64,000 bases of DNA from Candidatus Pacebacteria bacterium CG2_30_36_39 (GTDB lineage: Bacteria; Patescibacteriota; Microgenomatia; UBA1400; PJMF01). The notes under the pieces were generated by a model, which had not been told where the DNA came from, did no database searches, and saw only the letters and a list, made by a program, of their open reading frames with translations. Positions 19,815 through 30,107 of this stretch are shown here, piece by piece; positions within the stretch are counted from its first letter, which is position 1, and the number at the start of each line of letters is the position of its first letter. Where the stretch lies: positions 158,980-222,979 of the forward strand of contig MNZB01000004.1 of the NCBI GenBank assembly GCA_001873435.1, read 5' to 3'. Position numbers and translations under genes: made by a program.

Positions 19815-20303
19815 TTAAGCTTTAAAAGCCTGTTGAACAATTGTTTTTACAAAACTACCAACTGGTTCACCAAAATTTAAACTATTGGCTTCATCAGCTG
19901 TTACCCAACGATATTCAGTATGTTCATCAGACAATAACACTTGATCTGGTCTAAGATCTGTAAGGTTCTTTACAACCCAACCACAAACAATTGAATAAAC
20001 AGCTTTGCGCTCATCATAATAACTAAAAAAATGCACCATATTTTCTAATTCAAAAACTTCTGGCAAAACTTCTAAACCTGTCTCTTCAATTACCTCACGA
20101 GCTATTTCTGCTTGATGTAAATTACGACCAGACTCCATCATCTCAGCCGGCCATTCTACATTTCCACCAGGTAAATCCCATGATCCTGGACGACTTGCTG
20201 CCGTAGAAGGACGTTTTAACACCAAAACTTTATCCTGATGGATGATTGCTACTTTGTGTAAAAACTTAACATTTTCTGTTAATTGATGAGGAACTTTGTT
20301 CAT
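19815..20303 (-). CDS. NUDIX hydrolase
   Basis: WDLPGG...AREVIEETGL Nudix box. Confidence 0.88.
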   Translation of the reverse strand: MNKVPHQLTENVKFLHKVAIIHQDKVLVLKRPSTAASRPGSWDLPGGNVEWPAEMMESGRNLHQAEIAREVIEETGLEVLPEVFELENMVHFFSYYDERKAVYSIVCGWVVKNLTDLRPDQVLLSDEHTEYRWVTADEANSLNFGEPVGSFVKTIVQQAFKA

Positions 20304-20893
20304 TCCGCCTTTCCTGGTTGTAATTTATCTATGTTTTCTAAAACCCAAGTTACTTCTGAGCGAACTTCTGGAATAGTTTCCATAGTTTCTAAATCTGCTA
20401 AACCAAACCAACCAATACCATCTGATTCTTCAATATTCTGATGAAATTTTGTACTGCCCATAGCTTTGACTACGTAAGTAAAAACAAGATGCTGCTCACA
20501 ACCCAATTTCCAAACATTATCAGTCACTCTCCTTGAGGGATCGTTGCTTGCTAGCCTACGCTGGTAAATTTCTTTACTAATCCAATGCAAGTTTACCGAA
20601 AAGGGAACTGGATAATAATCAGAATTATCAGTGCCAGAAAGAAGTTTTTGAGTACTCAAGGCAGTAACTTTTACTCCAGTTTCTTCCCAAAATTCACGCT
20701 CTGCTGCTTTGTGTGGTATTTCATCTTCTTCAATGTGTCCACCAGGAGCCAACCAAATACCAAGCTTCCTATGTTTAACCAGTAAAACTTTGTTGTTTTC
20801 AACTAAAAAACCAGCGGCAGTTAAACAAATTTTAGGAGATAAATTAGAGGAAGTTTGCACAGGGGAATTGTACCATTCTTTCAGATTAGGCAC
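20300..20893 (-). CDS. NUDIX hydrolase
   Basis: WLAPGGHIEEDE...AEREFWEETG Nudix box. Confidence 0.88.
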   Translation of the reverse strand: MPNLKEWYNSPVQTSSNLSPKICLTAAGFLVENNKVLLVKHRKLGIWLAPGGHIEEDEIPHKAAEREFWEETGVKVTALSTQKLLSGTDNSDYYPVPFSVNLHWISKEIYQRRLASNDPSRRVTDNVWKLGCEQHLVFTYVVKAMGSTKFHQNIEESDGIGWFGLADLETMETIPEVRSEVTWVLENIDKLQPGKAE

Positions 20894-20943
20894 AGCTTAT
20901 ATAGATTAAGAATTAATTGTTACATTCATATACAATTATTTTA

Positions 20944-21750
20944 ATGATCGATCATGAGAAACAAACTCCCATCGACTGGCTAAAATCAAAATTAGGAAGA
21001 AAACAACCAACTTCCGAAGCTACTTTTACTATTCCCCAAACAAATTTTGAAGAACTAATAAGAATGGTTGGGGATGGAGAACTAGAACATAAGCTAGAAC
21101 CCATTGTTGATAGTGTGATTAATAAGTTAAAAGAAAAACTGCCTTGGATTAAAAAATACGCACTCACCACAGAAAGAATAGATTTGGTTAAATCAAGAAC
21201 TGTCCATATTCCAAGAGGAATGCTCGCCTCTTTTGTTCAAGAATTTTTTAAAGGCCTAGGAGTTAAAAATCTAGAAAATACCCATCTAAATGAAAAATCA
21301 GTTAATGCTGGAATTTACATAGGCTTTGGTGATTTCATAGCTTTAAGCGTTGATCCAGAAGAAGAAAAAGACGATCAAGAAGGACCATTTTTAACTACTG
21401 CAGAAGAAATATTGCATTTTTTAAGACCTTTTAATCCTGATGAAATAAAGAAAATTGAAGGAAAAATGGTGAATCACCTCAATGAAGGTGCAACTCTATA
21501 TTACCTTCACCAAGCATATCCAGATTTTGATTTCTTTGAAAAAATTAAAAATCCAACTAATAGAGGTGAAGCTGGACATCTTCGGTACTTGATTTATAAC
21601 GTTTGGAAAACCTGGGTTGAGCAACACGGGGAGGAAAGAATGGCCGCCAGTTATTTTGGGAGAAGAAAATTTCCAAGAGAAGTAGCTAAGGCGATTGCTA
21701 ATGGTCTAATTAAAGAAATGTTTGCAGCAACTGCAAAAATGCTAAATTAA
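20944..21750 (+). CDS. Hypothetical protein with a degenerate zincin-like motif
   Basis: EEILH followed by LNEGAT; TACAAT 7 nt before ATG at 20944. Confidence 0.6.
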   Translation: MIDHEKQTPIDWLKSKLGRKQPTSEATFTIPQTNFEELIRMVGDGELEHKLEPIVDSVINKLKEKLPWIKKYALTTERIDLVKSRTVHIPRGMLASFVQEFFKGLGVKNLENTHLNEKSVNAGIYIGFGDFIALSVDPEEEKDDQEGPFLTTAEEILHFLRPFNPDEIKKIEGKMVNHLNEGATLYYLHQAYPDFDFFEKIKNPTNRGEAGHLRYLIYNVWKTWVEQHGEERMAASYFGRRKFPREVAKAIANGLIKEMFAATAKMLN

Positions 21751-22326
21751 ACTCATCTGCACTCCAGCATTTTTCTGAGGTACAAAACTAAAATCCACCG
21801 GCGCAGTAATCAAACGATTCCACTTGTTTCTAAATTTAACCTCACCCTTGTTATATCCCCAATCAAGCAAATCCTTGGTAACTTTAACATCTTGCAAACA
21901 ATATTTTTCTAATTTATCAAATTGCTTAGTGTTGTAATACTTAATAGCATCCAAACCATCACCGGTCTTACCTATTCCCAAAGTTTCTTTAGCCACAGCA
22001 TCAAGACCAATACGATGACCAACAGAATCTTTGATACGAAGCATTAAATCCAAAGTAGGAATTTTACTAATATCTCCAGAGTAATATGAAGTAAAAGTTG
22101 GCATATCAAAACCATCAATATTAAAACCAACTACCACATCTGCTTGTTCTAATAAGGGAAAAAGCTTGGGAAGATCTTGCTCAAAATATGATTGATATTC
22201 ACCCTCTTCACCAAAACCATGACGAACATTAACACCAACAAACGAGATTCCCAAGCGATCTGGGAAGTAGCCACCTACTTCTTCAAAAGTTTTTTTAGTC
22301 TCAACATCTAAAATCAACTGCAACAT
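21742..22326 (-). CDS. RNase H-like DEDD exonuclease (YprB/RNase_H_2-like)
   Basis: LDVETK, GFNIDGFD, YCLQDV. Confidence 0.8.
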   Translation of the reverse strand: MLQLILDVETKKTFEEVGGYFPDRLGISFVGVNVRHGFGEEGEYQSYFEQDLPKLFPLLEQADVVVGFNIDGFDMPTFTSYYSGDISKIPTLDLMLRIKDSVGHRIGLDAVAKETLGIGKTGDGLDAIKYYNTKQFDKLEKYCLQDVKVTKDLLDWGYNKGEVKFRNKWNRLITAPVDFSFVPQKNAGVQMSLI

Positions 22327-22373
22327 AAGGTATTACCTTACCGAATTTTAGCGTGGAAAGGAAGAAGAAAAAA

Positions 22374-22985
22374 CTAAATCAATGCCTGATGATAAAGCTC
22401 TGCAACCTTCGCCCAATTAATTATTTGCCAAAATGCCTCAATATATTCGGGACGACGATTTTGATATTTTAAGTAATAGGCATGCTCCCAAACATCCAAA
22501 GTTAAAATTGGTTTTAAATTCTCCATCCATGGATTATCTTGATTGGCAGTACTTTTGATTTCTAATTTTCCATGGCGAACAATTACCCAAGCCCAACCAG
22601 AGCCAAAGTGGCCTGTGGCTACAGCTACAAACTGGTTTTTAAACTCCTCTACAGAACCAAATTGGGCTTCAATTGCAGAACCCAATTCATTGTTCATTTC
22701 CTGTTTTTTATCGGTCATTATTTGCCAAAAAAAACTATGATTTGCATGACCACCACCATTGTTTTGCACAGCAGTTCTAATTGTGGAGTCATCAATATCT
22801 TTTAAAGATTGCATTAATGTCTCAATTGGAAGATTTTGCATATCTGGAAGTTTTTCCAAGGCAATATTGAGCTTATCAACATAAGCTTGGTGGTGTTTGC
22901 TGTGGTGAGTTTCCATTGTTTGAGCGTCAATAAATGGTTCAAGAGCATCATAGGCATAAGGTAGTTTTGGTAAAGTATGGATCAT
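22374..22985 (-). CDS. sodA: Fe/Mn superoxide dismutase
   Basis: [31 protein letters not shown]. Confidence 0.93.
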   Translation of the reverse strand: MIHTLPKLPYAYDALEPFIDAQTMETHHSKHHQAYVDKLNIALEKLPDMQNLPIETLMQSLKDIDDSTIRTAVQNNGGGHANHSFFWQIMTDKKQEMNNELGSAIEAQFGSVEEFKNQFVAVATGHFGSGWAWVIVRHGKLEIKSTANQDNPWMENLKPILTLDVWEHAYYLKYQNRRPEYIEAFWQIINWAKVAELYHQALI

Positions 22986-23076
22986 AATTATTCCTTTTTA
23001 AAATATTTTACACAAACCAAAAGAATTGGTATATCGAAATAGTACCAGATTTAAAATTAATTCACTGTGGGTAATC

Positions 23077-23925
23077 TCACAAATCTGTTTGAGCTTCTTT
23101 AACAATTCTCATTAACTCAATCACTCGATCTTTTCCTGTAGTCTTTAAAAACTGCTCAATTGCTTGAAAATCAGGAGATTGATCTTCTTGTCGCATGTTA
23201 TTTATCTCTTCCCAAAGAGTTTGACCTGCCATAAAACCTTGAGCACCATTTTCTGTACTAATTCTGACAAATTCCTTAAATTGATCATAAGGAATATTAT
23301 CTCCGTGAACAATCCAAGGTACATCCAAAGAGCTAGTTAAAGTAGCCGTAGCCAAGGGATCTTGAGGATACTGAAGAGAAAGTATGCTGGCAAATCTTTG
23401 TAACTCTGCAACTGCTTCTAGTTGAATTTCTTGAAACTCAACCATATCTAACTCTTTTCCAGGAGGATGATAAATTACCAGCTTCAGCATAAAATCTATG
23501 CCTTCATACTGACAAAAATCATATAACTCAGAAACCAAGCGTTTCTTTTCCACCGCCAAATCCTCTGCGGGATGGTACATTAATTCTAATTTAGCCAAAC
23601 CATAATTATTTCTAACATCCTCAATGCCCCATTGAGGTATAAATCTAGGCAAAGCCAAAGGATCTTGATTTTGTTCTTGTTCAAGACGAATTAATAAACC
23701 AGAATTTTTGTGTTTGTAACTTAAAAACGGTAAAGAATAGATAGGATCTAAAACCACCCCAGTTGTATGTTCTGAATAAAGCATTAAAAATCTAACTAGT
23801 AAGGCGTTAAGATTTTCAATATTGGTTGGCTCATTTAAAGTTAAACCTAAATGCTCAGCAAAAGCATAGGCTTCATCTAAAGCTAAAATACCAATACCAG
23901 ATTTTTGCAGGGCAGAAACTTTCAC
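23077..23925 (-). CDS. Divergent class I aldolase (tagatose-bisphosphate aldolase LacD-like)
   Basis: ILALD, GAQGFMAGQTLW, TIM-barrel layout; catalytic Lys not evident. Confidence 0.6.
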   Translation of the reverse strand: MKVSALQKSGIGILALDEAYAFAEHLGLTLNEPTNIENLNALLVRFLMLYSEHTTGVVLDPIYSLPFLSYKHKNSGLLIRLEQEQNQDPLALPRFIPQWGIEDVRNNYGLAKLELMYHPAEDLAVEKKRLVSELYDFCQYEGIDFMLKLVIYHPPGKELDMVEFQEIQLEAVAELQRFASILSLQYPQDPLATATLTSSLDVPWIVHGDNIPYDQFKEFVRISTENGAQGFMAGQTLWEEINNMRQEDQSPDFQAIEQFLKTTGKDRVIELMRIVKEAQTDL

Positions 23926-23969
23926 TCACTCAGTATATCTATTTATCAGGATGAAGAAAAGTTGAAAAC

Positions 23970-23997
23970 AAAAACCCCGCCTTTTGAGCGGGGTTTT
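23970..23997 (-). terminator. Intrinsic terminator of pnp
   Basis: AAAACCCCGC-cttttga-GCGGGGTTTT. Confidence 0.85.
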
Positions 23998-24022
23998 CAA
24001 GTTTCATTAAACTTTAAGTGAA

Positions 24023-26341
24023 TTATTCAGAATCTCTTCTGGAAAAACCACCTCTAGTAGATGAAGGACGGAAACCTCCGCCGCGGCGATCATCACGACC
24101 ACCTCGGAAAGAACGTCCGCCGCCTCTGTGATCATCGCGTCGACCAAAACCTCTATCTCCGCCACGATCTCCACCATTGCGAGTCTTTTTTGTTGCAGAC
24201 TCTTCAGCAGATAACATGGAAAGACCAATCTTGCCATCATCTTTAATTTCTGAGATACGCACATGAACAGCGTCACCTAATTTGGCAACTGCTTCAACAT
24301 CATCAATGCGCTCAGCAGACATTTCAGAAACGTGAACTAAACCTTCACGACCTGGAAGATATTCAACAAATACACCATAGTTTTCAACTCTAGTGACTGT
24401 ACCGTCAAATTCATCTCCAATATTAACTACACGAACTAGGCCAGTAACTTTGGCTACTGCTGCATCAATTTTGCTTTGTTCTGAAGATGAGATATTTACA
24501 ATACCAATTTCTAATTCTTTGTCTTCATCAACATTCACATCAGCTCCAGTTTCCTCAATAATTGACTTAATCATCTTGCCACCTGGGCCGATTAATTCTC
24601 CAATTTTGTCTGCTGGAATCTGAATTTGGACTACTTTTGGTGCATATTGAGAAATCTGCTCACGAGGAGAAGTGATGGCTTTCATCATTTCAACCATAAT
24701 GTGATTTCTACCCTCTTTAGCTTGGGATAGTGCTTTTTCAAGAATTTCTTTGGAAACACCTTTAAGCTTAATATCCATTTGGATTGCAGTGATACCAACT
24801 TCAGTACCAGCTACTTTAAAGTCCATGTCACCGACATGATCTTCAAGGCCTTGGATATCAGAAAGTACAACATATTTATCACCATCGCTCATTAAGCCCA
24901 TAGCAATTCCAGACACTGGGCGTTTGATAGGAACACCAGCTGCCATTAATGACAGAGTAGATCCACAAACTGAAGCTTGAGAGGTTGAACCATTAGAGCT
25001 CATAATTTCTGAAACTACATGAATGGTGTATGGGAACTCTTTTTGATCTGGGATCATTGGTAAAAGAGCTCTCTCTGCTAATGCACCATGACCAATTTCT
25101 CGACGTTTTGGAGCACCAAACCTACCAGCTTCACCAGAAGCATAGGGAGGCATGTTGTAATGGTGGATGTAGTGACGAGTTTGCTCGCCATCAATACCTT
25201 CAATTAATTGACCCAAGGTTGGATCAGCTAAGGTGGTAATAGTAACTGCTTGAGTGGCTCCACGTTTAAACATGGCAGAACCATGGGTGCGAGGGAAAAC
25301 ATCAACTTCACACCAGATTGGGCGAATTTCAGTTGTTTTACGACCATCAGGACGAACTTCTTCTTCAAGAATCATCTTGCGAGCTTCTTTTTTGTTTAAG
25401 TGATAAAAAGCAGCACTGATTTGTTTTTCAGTAATTTGCTCTTTTTCATCTTCAATACCTTCATTGAGTTTGGCAAAAATATTAGCTTTTACTTCAACTT
25501 CTTTGGTTGGAAGTAAACGACCACTTAATTCGACATTTTCACGAATTTCTTTAGCAAAATCAGCATAAATTCTATTAGCTAATTCTTCCATTGCCACTTC
25601 TTTGGCTTTGTCTTCTGCTGAAACTAATTCTAGTTTTTCTTTGCCAAGTACCCCAACTATTTCACTAATTACTTCACAAACTCCTCCAAGCTCTTGTTGA
25701 GCAAGAACCATGGCTTCAACAACAACTGATTCTGAAACTTCTTTAGCACCAGCTTCAACCATTACAATGGTTTTACCTGATCCAGAAACAATTAAATCCA
25801 AATCACTAACTTCACGTTCGGTGTTAGTAGGATTAATTAGGAATTTGCCAGTTTCTTTACTATAGCCAACTCTTAAACCAGCCATAGGACCATCAAATGG
25901 GATATCAGAAATTGATAAACCAATAGCACTTCCTAGCATACCCAACATGTCTGGATCATTTTCTTCATCATATGAGAAAACTGTGTTAATAATCTGAACT
26001 TCATTGGTAATACCATCTGGGAACATAGGGCGAAGTGAGCGATCAATAACGCGAGCTTTTAAGATAACGTCATCTGAAGGACGTCCATCACGCTTAATCC
26101 AACGAGAGCCTTTAATAATGCCAGAAGCATATAGCTTCTCAGCAAATTCCACTGAAAGTGGAAAATAGCCTAGATCAACTTTGCGACCCAAAGCTACGGT
26201 GGTGTGAACCACTGTTTCACCACAGGTTACTAAGACTGCAGCGCTGACTTGTTCTGAGAATTTTCCAATCTCAACAGTCACTTCTTTGCCACCTAGGGTA
26301 AAGTTTTTTTTGTATGTTTCAGGATATTTTGGATAATCCAT
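24023..26341 (-). CDS. pnp: Polyribonucleotide nucleotidyltransferase
   Basis: RPDGR, HGSAMFKRG, RREIGHG, SNGSTS, GDMDFKVAG, KH and S1 domains, RG-rich tail. Confidence 0.98.
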   Translation of the reverse strand: MDYPKYPETYKKNFTLGGKEVTVEIGKFSEQVSAAVLVTCGETVVHTTVALGRKVDLGYFPLSVEFAEKLYASGIIKGSRWIKRDGRPSDDVILKARVIDRSLRPMFPDGITNEVQIINTVFSYDEENDPDMLGMLGSAIGLSISDIPFDGPMAGLRVGYSKETGKFLINPTNTEREVSDLDLIVSGSGKTIVMVEAGAKEVSESVVVEAMVLAQQELGGVCEVISEIVGVLGKEKLELVSAEDKAKEVAMEELANRIYADFAKEIRENVELSGRLLPTKEVEVKANIFAKLNEGIEDEKEQITEKQISAAFYHLNKKEARKMILEEEVRPDGRKTTEIRPIWCEVDVFPRTHGSAMFKRGATQAVTITTLADPTLGQLIEGIDGEQTRHYIHHYNMPPYASGEAGRFGAPKRREIGHGALAERALLPMIPDQKEFPYTIHVVSEIMSSNGSTSQASVCGSTLSLMAAGVPIKRPVSGIAMGLMSDGDKYVVLSDIQGLEDHVGDMDFKVAGTEVGITAIQMDIKLKGVSKEILEKALSQAKEGRNHIMVEMMKAITSPREQISQYAPKVVQIQIPADKIGELIGPGGKMIKSIIEETGADVNVDEDKELEIGIVNISSSEQSKIDAAVAKVTGLVRVVNIGDEFDGTVTRVENYGVFVEYLPGREGLVHVSEMSAERIDDVEAVAKLGDAVHVRISEIKDDGKIGLSMLSAEESATKKTRNGGDRGGDRGFGRRDDHRGGGRSFRGGRDDRRGGGFRPSSTRGGFSRRDSE

Positions 26342-26555
26342 TTTTTTCTTTCTGTTCGTTTGCCACGAACTACACGTTCAAGCTTAGCTTGCGTGCACGA
26401 CCAGCTCGTAATTGAGCCAACCTTTTCATAAATACTGTGGGGAAAATGCTTTAGAAAATCTGTTATTAAGATTCCTCAATAAGCAGGGAGTACCTGTGGA
26501 TCAACCACTCCTTGCTAATCGAGGAAATTGCATCATTCCCGATATGGCTATTATA
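26342..26555 (-). promoter_or_regulatory. pnp promoter and long structured 5' leader
   Basis: TATAAT at 26550-26555; about 20-bp imperfect stem 26472-26491/26507-26526 plus smaller hairpins. Confidence 0.65.
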
Positions 26556-26570
26556 CAGGAAGATTAAAAA

Positions 26571-26789
26571 TTAACTTCCACCAGTTATTTTGGTAGGCTT
26601 ATCACCTTCAAATACTTTTCTAACAGTGCCAGAGGTTCTACCTCTTTCCGCCTGTTTATTCCAAATATCCTTTTCTTCATCTTTTTCTGCTGGCTTGTTG
26701 GCTGCCTCCCTTATTAGTCTCATTCTTTTGGCAAAAGGATTCTCATCTTCTTCCCCTGGAGCATTAGATGCTGATTTATTTTCTTGCAT
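26571..26789 (-). CDS. Hypothetical small charged protein between rpsO and pnp
   Basis: 72 aa ORF with AAGGA SD. Confidence 0.55.
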   Translation of the reverse strand: MQENKSASNAPGEEDENPFAKRMRLIREAANKPAEKDEEKDIWNKQAERGRTSGTVRKVFEGDKPTKITGGS

Positions 26790-26858
26790 GCTTTCCTTAA
26801 TTTATTTTTTTAAACTAATTCAATCTTATAGTTATAATGAGTAAGATGCAATTAAACT

Positions 26859-26886
26859 AAAAACCCCGCCTTATAAGCGGGGTTTT
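26859..26886 (-). terminator. Intrinsic terminator of rpsO
   Basis: AAAACCCCGC-cttataa-GCGGGGTTTT. Confidence 0.85.
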
Positions 26887-26907
26887 ATTTACATTTCAAA
26901 TTTATGC

Positions 26908-27177
26908 TTATTTGCTTAAGCCAATACTGTTAACCAATTTTGCATAACGCTCTTCACTGCGACCTTGTAAGAAGCGGAGTAAGCGACGTCTTTTGGAAAC
27001 TTGTTTAAGAAGACCACGACGTGAATGGTTGTCTTTCTTATGTTTCTTCAAGTGGTCAGTCAATTCTTGAATAGAAGCGGTCAATAAAGCTACTTGAACT
27101 TCAGGAGAACCAGTGTCCCCTTCGAACAATTGGAATTCTTTAATGATTTGGTCTTTTTGGACTTTGGTAAGTGCCAT
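26908..27177 (-). CDS. rpsO: 30S ribosomal protein S15
   Basis: DTGSPEVQVALLT, HKKDNHSRRGLL; start placed at MALTK. Confidence 0.97.
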   Translation of the reverse strand: MALTKVQKDQIIKEFQLFEGDTGSPEVQVALLTASIQELTDHLKKHKKDNHSRRGLLKQVSKRRRLLRFLQGRSEERYAKLVNSIGLSK

Positions 27178-27276
27178 GGTATTTCTTTCTTGTCTTTGAT
27201 CAGTTAGCAAAAGCCGGCTGATAAAGTAACCAATATTTTTACTAGAGGTGAGATTATATCATACCTCTCTAATTAA

Positions 27277-28746
27277 TTAAATTTCGTCGTCATCCTCTTT
27301 TTTGTAAGCAATGATAATGTCACCTACTTGGAAATCGAGTTTCTTGTTTCTAAAAGTTAGGCCTGCTTCATTTTTGGTTTTTACTACCAAAATATCATCT
27401 TTGCCATGTTTCATATTAGCAATTACTGGATTGGCGATAATAGCTTCAGCTCTCTTGAGATGTAATAGATCAGATTTTTTAACTTCACCAGTTTTTACCT
27501 TAATTCCAGCGATGTGATCGCCTTTCATCTCAAAAACTTGCATAATTTCAGCTTCACCAGTAACTACCTCATCAATAGTCGGTTCCATGATTTTTAACAT
27601 TAATTTTTGAAGATCTTCAATAAGGTGGTAAATAATGCCGTATTCTTTAACTTTAACTCCAAGACTTTTAGCAAAAATCTTAGTAGCACGAGGAACCTTA
27701 AGGTTAAAGGCTATTACCATAGCTTTGCTGGTTTCTGCTAATTCAAGCTCTTGGTCAGTGACTGGACCAACGCCAGATGAAACTAAATTAACACTTTCAG
27801 GATCAATATTTTGCTCAATTGCCTCAAGAGTACCTTTGACATCAGCTTTGACAATTAAATTAAGTTTAAATTTTTCACCAAAAGCAGTGCCAAAATCTAC
27901 AGTTGCCCATGGATTGTAAGCTTGTTTCAGCTCTTCTCCAGCAACTTCCTCCACATATTCTCTATTTTTTTCTTTCACAATAGAGCCAACTTCTGGAATA
28001 TCTCTCAAACCAACAATTTCTGCTGGTGATCCAGGTAAAACATTACCGAGTTGTTTACCATATTCATCACTCAATAACTTGACTCTACCTTCAATTTCAT
28101 CAATAAAAATATCTTGACGAACTTTTAAAGTTCCCTGTTGGACAATGACACTAGCAACTGGACCTTTTTGAATGTCTTTGGCAGATTCAATTACAACAGC
28201 TTCCAAAGGAGCCTCTGGATCGGCTTTAAGTTCCATAAGCTCTGCCATGAGTGAAATGGTTTCTAGTAATTTATCAACTCCTTTGCCTGTTTTGGCAGAA
28301 ACTTCAACTACTTCAATGTCACCACCAAAATCTTGCACAATTACTTGTTGTTCGGCTAATTGAGCTTTAACGTTATCTATTCTGATACCTTCTACATCAA
28401 TTTTATTCATTGCTATTAAGAAAGGTACATTTGATTCTCTTATGTAGCGGATTGATTCAATCGTCTGTGGTTTGACCCCATCATTAGCAGCTACAACAAG
28501 AATAACAATGTCGGTAATTTGAGCACCACGTTGACGCATTTTATTAAATGCAGCGTGGCCAGGAGTATCGATAAAGGTAATTTTTTTACCCTTATGATCA
28601 ATTTGATAGGCACCAATATGTTGAGTAATTCCACCTTCTTCTTTAGCTTGAACGTTAGTTTTACGAATGTAATCCAACAAACTAGTTTTACCATGATCAA
28701 CATGACCTAAGATCGTAATAATGGGTGGACGTGTAATCATGGCCAT
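27277..28746 (-). CDS. infB: Translation initiation factor IF-2, short form
   Basis: RPPIITILGHVDHGKTSLLD, GGITQHIGAY, DTPGH. Confidence 0.96.
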   Translation of the reverse strand: MAMITRPPIITILGHVDHGKTSLLDYIRKTNVQAKEEGGITQHIGAYQIDHKGKKITFIDTPGHAAFNKMRQRGAQITDIVILVVAANDGVKPQTIESIRYIRESNVPFLIAMNKIDVEGIRIDNVKAQLAEQQVIVQDFGGDIEVVEVSAKTGKGVDKLLETISLMAELMELKADPEAPLEAVVIESAKDIQKGPVASVIVQQGTLKVRQDIFIDEIEGRVKLLSDEYGKQLGNVLPGSPAEIVGLRDIPEVGSIVKEKNREYVEEVAGEELKQAYNPWATVDFGTAFGEKFKLNLIVKADVKGTLEAIEQNIDPESVNLVSSGVGPVTDQELELAETSKAMVIAFNLKVPRATKIFAKSLGVKVKEYGIIYHLIEDLQKLMLKIMEPTIDEVVTGEAEIMQVFEMKGDHIAGIKVKTGEVKKSDLLHLKRAEAIIANPVIANMKHGKDDILVVKTKNEAGLTFRNKKLDFQVGDIIIAYKKEDDDEI

Positions 28747-28793
28747 AATTGGTTCCTTTAATTATCGATTAAGCCTAATAAAGCGCTATTTGG

Positions 28794-30107
28794 TTATTCT
28801 TTTACTGGAGTCTCGACGACTTCTTCAGTATTCTTCAAACCGGCAGCCATATTAGCACGCTCTTTTTCTCGAGCGATCTGCTCTTTCTTATCAGTTGCTA
28901 CTTTTTTAGATAACATTTCTTTTTGATCTTCTTCTAGATCTTCCATAGCCATCCATTTATCTTCAAAACGCACTAAGTCATTCAAAGTAGTGAGTTTATG
29001 TTCAATTAGGATAGTTCTTGCTTCAGGTGTTAGGCCTTTAAAAGTATCAATTTCATATTCTTCTGTGCCTGTGGCAGAGGTCTTTACCTGGCCAGCAGCT
29101 GATTTAATAGTGATTAAGAAACCAGTTAATTTGGCAGCAAGACGGACGTTTTGACCACCTCGACCAATAGCCAAAGAAAGTTGGTCGTCTGGAGCGGTTA
29201 CAGTTACCATCTTGGTTTTTTCATCAACTTCAATTAAGAGATTCTCGGCAGGAGCTAAAGCACCTTTTAAATAGGCAACTGGATCTTCGGAAAAAGGAAT
29301 AATATCGATTTTCTCATTGTTTAATTCTTCAATTACTTTTTGGACACGAGCGCCACGCTGACCTACACAAGAACCAACTGGGTCAACTCCATCTTGAGTT
29401 GAACGAACAGCTAACTTGGTACGAACGCCGGCTTCACGAGCTACAGAAACAATTTCTACAGCCCCAGAAGATACCTCTGGAACTTCGCGAGCAAAAAGAG
29501 CTGAAACCAAATTGCTATCTGCACGAGAAACTACAACTACTTGACCACGAACAGTCTCACGAATGTCTTTAATGAAAACAGCTAAACGAGAATTGAGGCG
29601 ATAAAATTCACCACGCATCTGCTCTTCTGGAGGCATCCAGCCATGACCTCTGCCAAGATCTACAATTACGCTTCTGCGATCCATACGTAAAACTTGACCA
29701 GTCATCATTTGACCGATTTTATCCTGGAACTCAGAGATTATTTGATCTTTTTCTGAACGACGAATTTTTTGCAAAATTACTTGTTTGGCAGTTTGAGCAG
29801 CTATACGACCAAAACCAACTGGAGTAACGTCTTCTGCTTTCTTTTCATTCCATTTAGTTGGTTCAAGGGTTTCTTCATCACGCTCCAAAACTGGAGCCTT
29901 CATAATACGAGCTTCGCCAGTATCTTCATTGAGAATGGTGTAATAATGGAATTCTTCGTCCAAAAAACCCATTTGTTTGCGATAAGCAGATACTAAAGCC
30001 TGGCGAATAGCCTCATAGATAGAATCTACTTCAATTTTTCTCTCGCTAGCGATTTGGGCAATAGCAGCTGCAAATTCAGTGCGAGCAACAGTTGAAACAT
30101 TAGCCAT
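28794..30107 (-). CDS. nusA: Transcription factor NusA
   Basis: FGRIAAQTAKQVI, AREAGVRTK, DPVGSCVG, LSLAIGRGGQNVRLA. Confidence 0.97.
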   Translation of the reverse strand: MANVSTVARTEFAAAIAQIASERKIEVDSIYEAIRQALVSAYRKQMGFLDEEFHYYTILNEDTGEARIMKAPVLERDEETLEPTKWNEKKAEDVTPVGFGRIAAQTAKQVILQKIRRSEKDQIISEFQDKIGQMMTGQVLRMDRRSVIVDLGRGHGWMPPEEQMRGEFYRLNSRLAVFIKDIRETVRGQVVVVSRADSNLVSALFAREVPEVSSGAVEIVSVAREAGVRTKLAVRSTQDGVDPVGSCVGQRGARVQKVIEELNNEKIDIIPFSEDPVAYLKGALAPAENLLIEVDEKTKMVTVTAPDDQLSLAIGRGGQNVRLAAKLTGFLITIKSAAGQVKTSATGTEEYEIDTFKGLTPEARTILIEHKLTTLNDLVRFEDKWMAMEDLEEDQKEMLSKKVATDKKEQIAREKERANMAAGLKNTEEVVETPVKE

